From positions 320,001 to 384,000 of the forward strand of contig OZ219920.1 of assembly GCA_964291415.2 (NCBI GenBank): a stretch of DNA of 64,000 nucleotides, read 5' to 3'. Below, in pieces: positions 59,201-64,000 of this stretch. This DNA is from Alphaproteobacteria bacterium (GTDB lineage Bacteria; Pseudomonadota; Alphaproteobacteria; SP197). The notes beneath the pieces are model-generated. The model was not told where the DNA came from. It saw nothing but the letters and a program-made list of their open reading frames with translations, and searched no databases. Every line of letters begins with the position of its first letter. Position 1 is the first letter of the stretch. Both the position numbers and the translations under genes were made by a program.

Positions 59201-60367
59201 ATGCCGGCCGTGGACCGGGAATGCCCGCAATGGCTTCGTGACGGGGAGGTGAGCAGGTGGACGGACACCTATCTCAACCGCACGAGAAAGGCCGTTGCCT
59301 CCTTTGGCGACTGCCAGGTGACGTATGCCGTCTTCATGCGCCGGCCGGTGGTATCGGCCCCCCGCCTGATGACCGACTGGCTGCGTGCGATCGCCCGCAC
59401 GCGAGGCGTGACGATCGGCATCGACCTCGAATACGAGGAAGGCCGCTGGATCGGCGCCGGTGAACCCATCGCCTACATCACGGGTTCCTTCGAGCATCTC
59501 GTGGATCTCGAGACCCTGTTCCTGCAGAAGCTCGGGCCGGCGTGCGTGGCCGCCTACAACGCCTACACCATGTGCGTCGACATGCCGCAGACCGACTTCC
59601 TCGCCATGGATGCTCGCCACTGTGCGGGCACGGAGATGGCAGAGATCATGGCCTACGCTGCCGCCGTCGGGTCCATGCGGGCGCGCCGCAAGGTCGGTGC
59701 CCGGGGCTTTGTCGGCAACGCGACCGATGCCACGAGCCACTACTTCGGCAATGAGCGCGGCTTTGGCACCATGCCCCATTCACTCGTCGGCTATGCCGGC
59801 AGCACGGTGGCGGCCGCGGAGATGTTCCACGAGGTCCATCCCGACCTCCCCATGACCGTTCTGGTCGACTACTTCGGCCGGGAAATCAGCGATTCCCTTG
59901 CAGTCTGCCGGCGATTTCCGGACATGGCGGCGTCCGGTGACCTCGCCTTGCGCATCGATACCGGCGGTGGCCGTTTCGTCGAGGGTCTCGATCCGCCGCG
60001 CAGCTATGCCGTTCTCGAGCGCAACCGTCCCGACGCGATTCGCGGGTACCGTTCCGAAACGGAACTGCGCTACCTGATCGGCACGGGCGTCTCGGCAGCC
60101 GCCATCTGGCACCTGCGCGAGCAGCTCGATGGCGCGGGCTTTGCAAGGGTCAGGATCGTCGCATCGTCAGGTTTCGACCCTGCCAAGTGCAAGGTCATGG
60201 CCGTCGCCGCCGCGCCGGTGGACGTCATCGGCACCGGAAGCTATCTGCCCGAACGGTGGAGCGAGACCTATGCCACCGCCGACATCGTGGCCTACGACGG
60301 CACGCCCCGGGTCAAGGTTGGACGCGAGTTCCTGTTGCGTCACGAGGGGCGATCGTCAGGCGAATGA
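59201..60367 (+). CDS. pncB: Nicotinate phosphoribosyltransferase
   Basis: TDTY, MDARHC, GTMPH, VLVDY, RIDT, ASSGF; coupled to nadE. Confidence 0.85.
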   Translation: MPAVDRECPQWLRDGEVSRWTDTYLNRTRKAVASFGDCQVTYAVFMRRPVVSAPRLMTDWLRAIARTRGVTIGIDLEYEEGRWIGAGEPIAYITGSFEHLVDLETLFLQKLGPACVAAYNAYTMCVDMPQTDFLAMDARHCAGTEMAEIMAYAAAVGSMRARRKVGARGFVGNATDATSHYFGNERGFGTMPHSLVGYAGSTVAAAEMFHEVHPDLPMTVLVDYFGREISDSLAVCRRFPDMAASGDLALRIDTGGGRFVEGLDPPRSYAVLERNRPDAIRGYRSETELRYLIGTGVSAAAIWHLREQLDGAGFARVRIVASSGFDPAKCKVMAVAAAPVDVIGTGSYLPERWSETYATADIVAYDGTPRVKVGREFLLRHEGRSSGE

Positions 60368-62019
60368 CCGACACCCTGAGAATTGCCCTCGCCCAGCTCA
60401 ATCCGGCCGTCGGTGACGTCGACGGCAATGTGGCGAAGTTGCTGGCGGCGCGCGGCGAGGCCGCGGAAGCGGGAGCCGATCTCATGGTCGCATCGGAGCT
60501 CGTGATTGACGGCTATCCGCCCGAGGACCTGGTATTGCGCCCGGCCTTTCAGGACGATGTTGCAAGAGGGGTGGCCGCAGTCGCTCGCGAGACCGCGGAT
60601 GGTGGACCGGCGGTGGTGCTGGGCGCCAGTCACGTGGAGGATGGCAGGCTCTTCAACGCCGCCCACCTCATCGACCGTGGAACGGTGCGCCACACGCGCC
60701 TCAAGCACGACCTTCCGAACTACGGCGTCTTTGACGAGAAGCGCGTTTTCTGCCCGGGACCCCTGCCTGGTCCTGTCCCGTTCCGCGATACCCTGCTCGG
60801 CATCATGATCTGCGAGGACATGTGGAGCGGTGAGGTCACCGAGTGCCTGGAGGAGAACGGCGCCGAGATCATGGTCGTGCTCAACGGTTCACCCTTCGAC
60901 GTGGAGAATGTGGCCCGGCGCATGAATCAGGCCGTGGCCCGTGTCACCGAGTGCCGCCTGCCCCTCATCTATGTCAACCAGGTCGGTGGCCAGGACGAAC
61001 TGGTGTTTGATGGGGCCTCCTTCGTCCTCGATGCTTCCTGGGCGCTGCGCTCCCAGCTTCCCTCGTGGTCGTCGTCGGTGGTCACCACCACCTGGCACCG
61101 CCTCGAGACAGGTTGGAGCTGCGAGGCGGGGCTGATCGCGGCGGAACCGGATCGACTGGAGTCCATGTACAGGGCGCTTGTCACGGGGCTTGCCGACTAT
61201 GTGGCCAAGAACGGTTTCGCCGGTGTTCTCATCGGCCTCTCGGGAGGGATCGACTCCGCGCTTTCGGCGGCCATCGCCACCGATGCCCTCGGGTCTGACA
61301 GGGTGTGGTGCGTCATGATGCCGTCGCGTTACACGAGCCAGGAGAGTCTCGACGATGCGACGGCCTGCGCCGGGCTGCTCGGGACGCGTCTTGACTCCGT
61401 TCCGATTCATGGCGCCGTCGATGCCCTGGACGGCATGCTCGCAAGCCATTTTGCCGGCCGCGATCCCAACGAGGCGGAAGAGAACATCCAGGCCCGCAGC
61501 AGGGGCATGGTCCTGATGGCGCTCTCCAACAAGTTCGGCCACATGGTGCTTTCAACCGGGAACAAGTCCGAAATGTCGGTTGGTTACGCGACCCTCTACG
61601 GTGACATGTGCGGCGGGTTCTCGGTGCTGAAGGATGTCTACAAGACGGATGTCTATCGCCTCGCGCACTGGCGCTCCTCCCATTCGGGCGACGGTTTCCT
61701 GGGGCCGGCAGGACCTGTCATTCCCGCTTCCATCATCACCAAGGCGCCAACCGCCGAACTGCGGGCGAACCAGAAGGACCAGGACAGCCTGCCGGCCTAT
61801 GAGGATCTCGACGACATTCTGGGTCGCCTGGTCGAACAGGAGATGACCTTCGACGAGATTGCCGCCGGGGGCCACGACCGTGCCCTTGTCGAAGAGGTCT
61901 GGACCATGCTGATGCGGGCTGAGTACAAGCGCCGCCAGGCGCCGCCGGGGGTCAGGATCACACCGCGGGCCTTTGGCCGCGACCGCCGCTATCCCGTGAC
62001 CAACCGGTTCCGCAGGTAA
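60364..62019 (+). CDS. nadE: Glutamine-dependent NAD+ synthetase
   Basis: Nitrilase domain (GYPPEDL, ICEDMW); GLSGGIDSA, ENIQAR, TGNKSE, EYKRRQAP. Confidence 0.96.
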   Translation: MTDTLRIALAQLNPAVGDVDGNVAKLLAARGEAAEAGADLMVASELVIDGYPPEDLVLRPAFQDDVARGVAAVARETADGGPAVVLGASHVEDGRLFNAAHLIDRGTVRHTRLKHDLPNYGVFDEKRVFCPGPLPGPVPFRDTLLGIMICEDMWSGEVTECLEENGAEIMVVLNGSPFDVENVARRMNQAVARVTECRLPLIYVNQVGGQDELVFDGASFVLDASWALRSQLPSWSSSVVTTTWHRLETGWSCEAGLIAAEPDRLESMYRALVTGLADYVAKNGFAGVLIGLSGGIDSALSAAIATDALGSDRVWCVMMPSRYTSQESLDDATACAGLLGTRLDSVPIHGAVDALDGMLASHFAGRDPNEAEENIQARSRGMVLMALSNKFGHMVLSTGNKSEMSVGYATLYGDMCGGFSVLKDVYKTDVYRLAHWRSSHSGDGFLGPAGPVIPASIITKAPTAELRANQKDQDSLPAYEDLDDILGRLVEQEMTFDEIAAGGHDRALVEEVWTMLMRAEYKRRQAPPGVRITPRAFGRDRRYPVTNRFRR

Positions 62020-62145
62020 TGCGAACGGTCACGTCCGACTGACGCCGGCAGGTTTGCCATCCAGCGTGGCGGCGGCTATTGAACAGCAGACCTGAGGGAT
62101 CGGGCTGACGAGGGGAATGGGGCCCTCGTTCCGGGGATCTGCTTC

Positions 62146-63489
62146 ATGACGCTTTCGTTCCACAATACTCTCTCCCGGCGCAAGGAGACTCTGGTTCCCG
62201 TCGAGGCGGGCAAGGCCGGACTCTACGTGTGCGGGCCAACCGTCTACGACCTCATTCATCTTGGCAACGCCCGGCCGCTGGTGGTCTTCGATGTTCTCTT
62301 CCGCCTGCTGCGCCACCACTTCGGCGACGTTCATGTCACGTATGTGCGCAACATCACGGACATCGACGACAAGATCAACGCAGCGGCCCTGGAACGGGGC
62401 ATCCGGATCAGGGACTTCACGGCCGACACCATTGTCGCCTTTCACCGCGATGTCCGCGCGCTTGGATGTCTCGAACCGTCGGTCGAACCCCGCGCGACGG
62501 ACCACGTGGCGGCGATGATCACCCTCATCGGCCAACTCATCGAAAGGGGCCATGCCTACGAGGCCGAAGGCCACGTTCTCTTTGATGTGCCGTCATGGCC
62601 GGACTATGGCCGGCTCTCCGGCAACACGATGCAGGACATCATTGCCGGAGCCCGTCTGGATGTGGCTCCCTACAAGAGGAATGATGCCGACTTCGTGCTC
62701 TGGAAACCGTCCACGGGCGATCTTCCCGGATGGGAGAGCCCCTGGGGTTACGGGCGTCCGGGCTGGCACCTCGAGTGCTCCGCCATGAGCGCCTGCCATC
62801 TCGGACTGGACTTCGACATCCATGGCGGCGGCCACGACCTTGTCTTTCCACACCACGAGAACGAGATTGCCCAGACCTGTGCGGCACATCCTGACGCCGG
62901 ATTTGCCCGGATCTGGATGCACAACGGCTTTGTGACCGTCGACGGCGAGAAGATGGCCAAGTCTCTGGGCAATTTCCACACCGTGCAGGACCTCCTTGAA
63001 GACTGGTCGGGCGAGGTCCTGCGCCTGACCCTTCTCGGCACCCACTACCGCAAGCCCCTCGACTTCGGTTTCGAACTGCTGAGGCAGGCCAGGTCCCAGG
63101 TCACCCGCTTCTACCGCGCCCTTCTGGAGGCGGGGGACCCCCCGGCCGCGTCTCCTCCAGACGAGGTGGTCGAGGCGCTCGGCGATGATCTCAACACGCC
63201 GCGCGCGCTTGCCGTGATGCATGGTCTCGAGAGTCGGGTGCGCACTGGCGAAAGCGGAGCCGGCGGCGCGTTGCGTGGGGCAGGGGGGCTTCTTGGAATT
63301 CTCCAGGAGCCGGCAGAATCCTGGTTCCGGGGGACGATGGACGACGACATCGCCGAGGCGATTGCCAGGCGAGACGAAGCCCGGGCGAAAAAGGACTTCT
63401 GCATGGCGGACCGCATCCGCGATGAACTCAGGGACAGGGGAATCGAACTCATGGACGGCCCCGGGGGAACGACCTGGAGGCGAATCTGA
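62146..63489 (+). CDS. cysS: Cysteine--tRNA ligase
   Basis: [36 protein letters not shown]. Confidence 0.97.
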   Translation: MTLSFHNTLSRRKETLVPVEAGKAGLYVCGPTVYDLIHLGNARPLVVFDVLFRLLRHHFGDVHVTYVRNITDIDDKINAAALERGIRIRDFTADTIVAFHRDVRALGCLEPSVEPRATDHVAAMITLIGQLIERGHAYEAEGHVLFDVPSWPDYGRLSGNTMQDIIAGARLDVAPYKRNDADFVLWKPSTGDLPGWESPWGYGRPGWHLECSAMSACHLGLDFDIHGGGHDLVFPHHENEIAQTCAAHPDAGFARIWMHNGFVTVDGEKMAKSLGNFHTVQDLLEDWSGEVLRLTLLGTHYRKPLDFGFELLRQARSQVTRFYRALLEAGDPPAASPPDEVVEALGDDLNTPRALAVMHGLESRVRTGESGAGGALRGAGGLLGILQEPAESWFRGTMDDDIAEAIARRDEARAKKDFCMADRIRDELRDRGIELMDGPGGTTWRRI

Positions 63490-64000
63490 TGGGAGAGCGG
63501 GTCTACCTGTTCGACACAACCCTGCGCGACGGCGCCCAGACTCATGGCGTGTCGTTTTCCCATGCCGACAAGATCCAGATCTCCGAGGCTCTCGATCGCC
63601 TCGGCGTCGACTACATCGAGGGTGGATTTCCCGGAGCCAATCCCGTGGATGACGCCTTCTTCGCCGCGCCGCCGTCGTTCGCCCGGGCACGGTTTACCGC
63701 CTTTGGCATGACGCGCCGCGCCGGGCGCAGCGCCGCCAACGATCCGGGTCTCGCCGGTGTCATGGCCCCCGGTACGCCTGCAGTCTGTCTGGTCGGCAAG
63801 GCCTGGGGCTTTCACGTTGATCTGGCCCTCGGGATCACCAGGGACGAGAACATCGCCATGATCGCCGATTCCATGGCGCACATCGTTGCCAGCGGCGCCG
63901 AGGCCCTCTTCGATGCGGAGCACTTCTTCGATGGCTACAAGGCCGACAGCGGCTATGCCCTGGCCTGCGCCGAGGCGGCCCTCGAGGCGGGAGCGCGATG
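63489..64000 (+). CDS. cimA: Citramalate synthase (5' part, cut by window edge)
   Basis: [47 protein letters not shown]. Confidence 0.9.
   Translation, partial: MGERVYLFDTTLRDGAQTHGVSFSHADKIQISEALDRLGVDYIEGGFPGANPVDDAFFAAPPSFARARFTAFGMTRRAGRSAANDPGLAGVMAPGTPAVCLVGKAWGFHVDLALGITRDENIAMIADSMAHIVASGAEALFDAEHFFDGYKADSGYALACAEAALEAGAR

Overview
High-GC bacterial window. Gene content and order (ispB-DUF2007-methyltransferase, icd, class II DAHP synthase, pncB-nadE-cysS-cimA) fit an alphaproteobacterium (Rhodospirillales-like; inference). The right ~14 kb is mostly core housekeeping. The rest is catabolic and transport genes: TPP enzyme/GMC/alpha-hydroxy-acid oxidase, two non-pyrrolysine MttB paralogues, hutF/hutI, three orphan PotD-like binding proteins, SDR-BtpA-FGGY kinase, a sugar ABC transporter plus TauD, a sulfite oxidase plus diheme cytochrome c, and hydantoinase A/B. 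These are interspersed with small toxin modules and eroded mobile DNA: hicAB, RES-Xre next to tRNA-Asn, a DDE transposase, NYN, DUF4143 and integrase remnants. The two strongest candidates for an undescribed system are: (1) a divergent locus at 19.2-22.4 kb encoding an exported protein with ~45 Cys in nested CGACGG/CNPC repeats, an exported FGE-family enzyme, a His-motif protein and a rhodanese; (2) a 1.66-kb islet between two full copies of tRNA-Pro(CGG) carrying a HEPN Abi-family gene with a divergently promoted ~50-nt hairpin RNA, resembling an RNA-antitoxin system. No CRISPR array or rRNA was seen. Family names come from motif recognition by eye, not from database searches.
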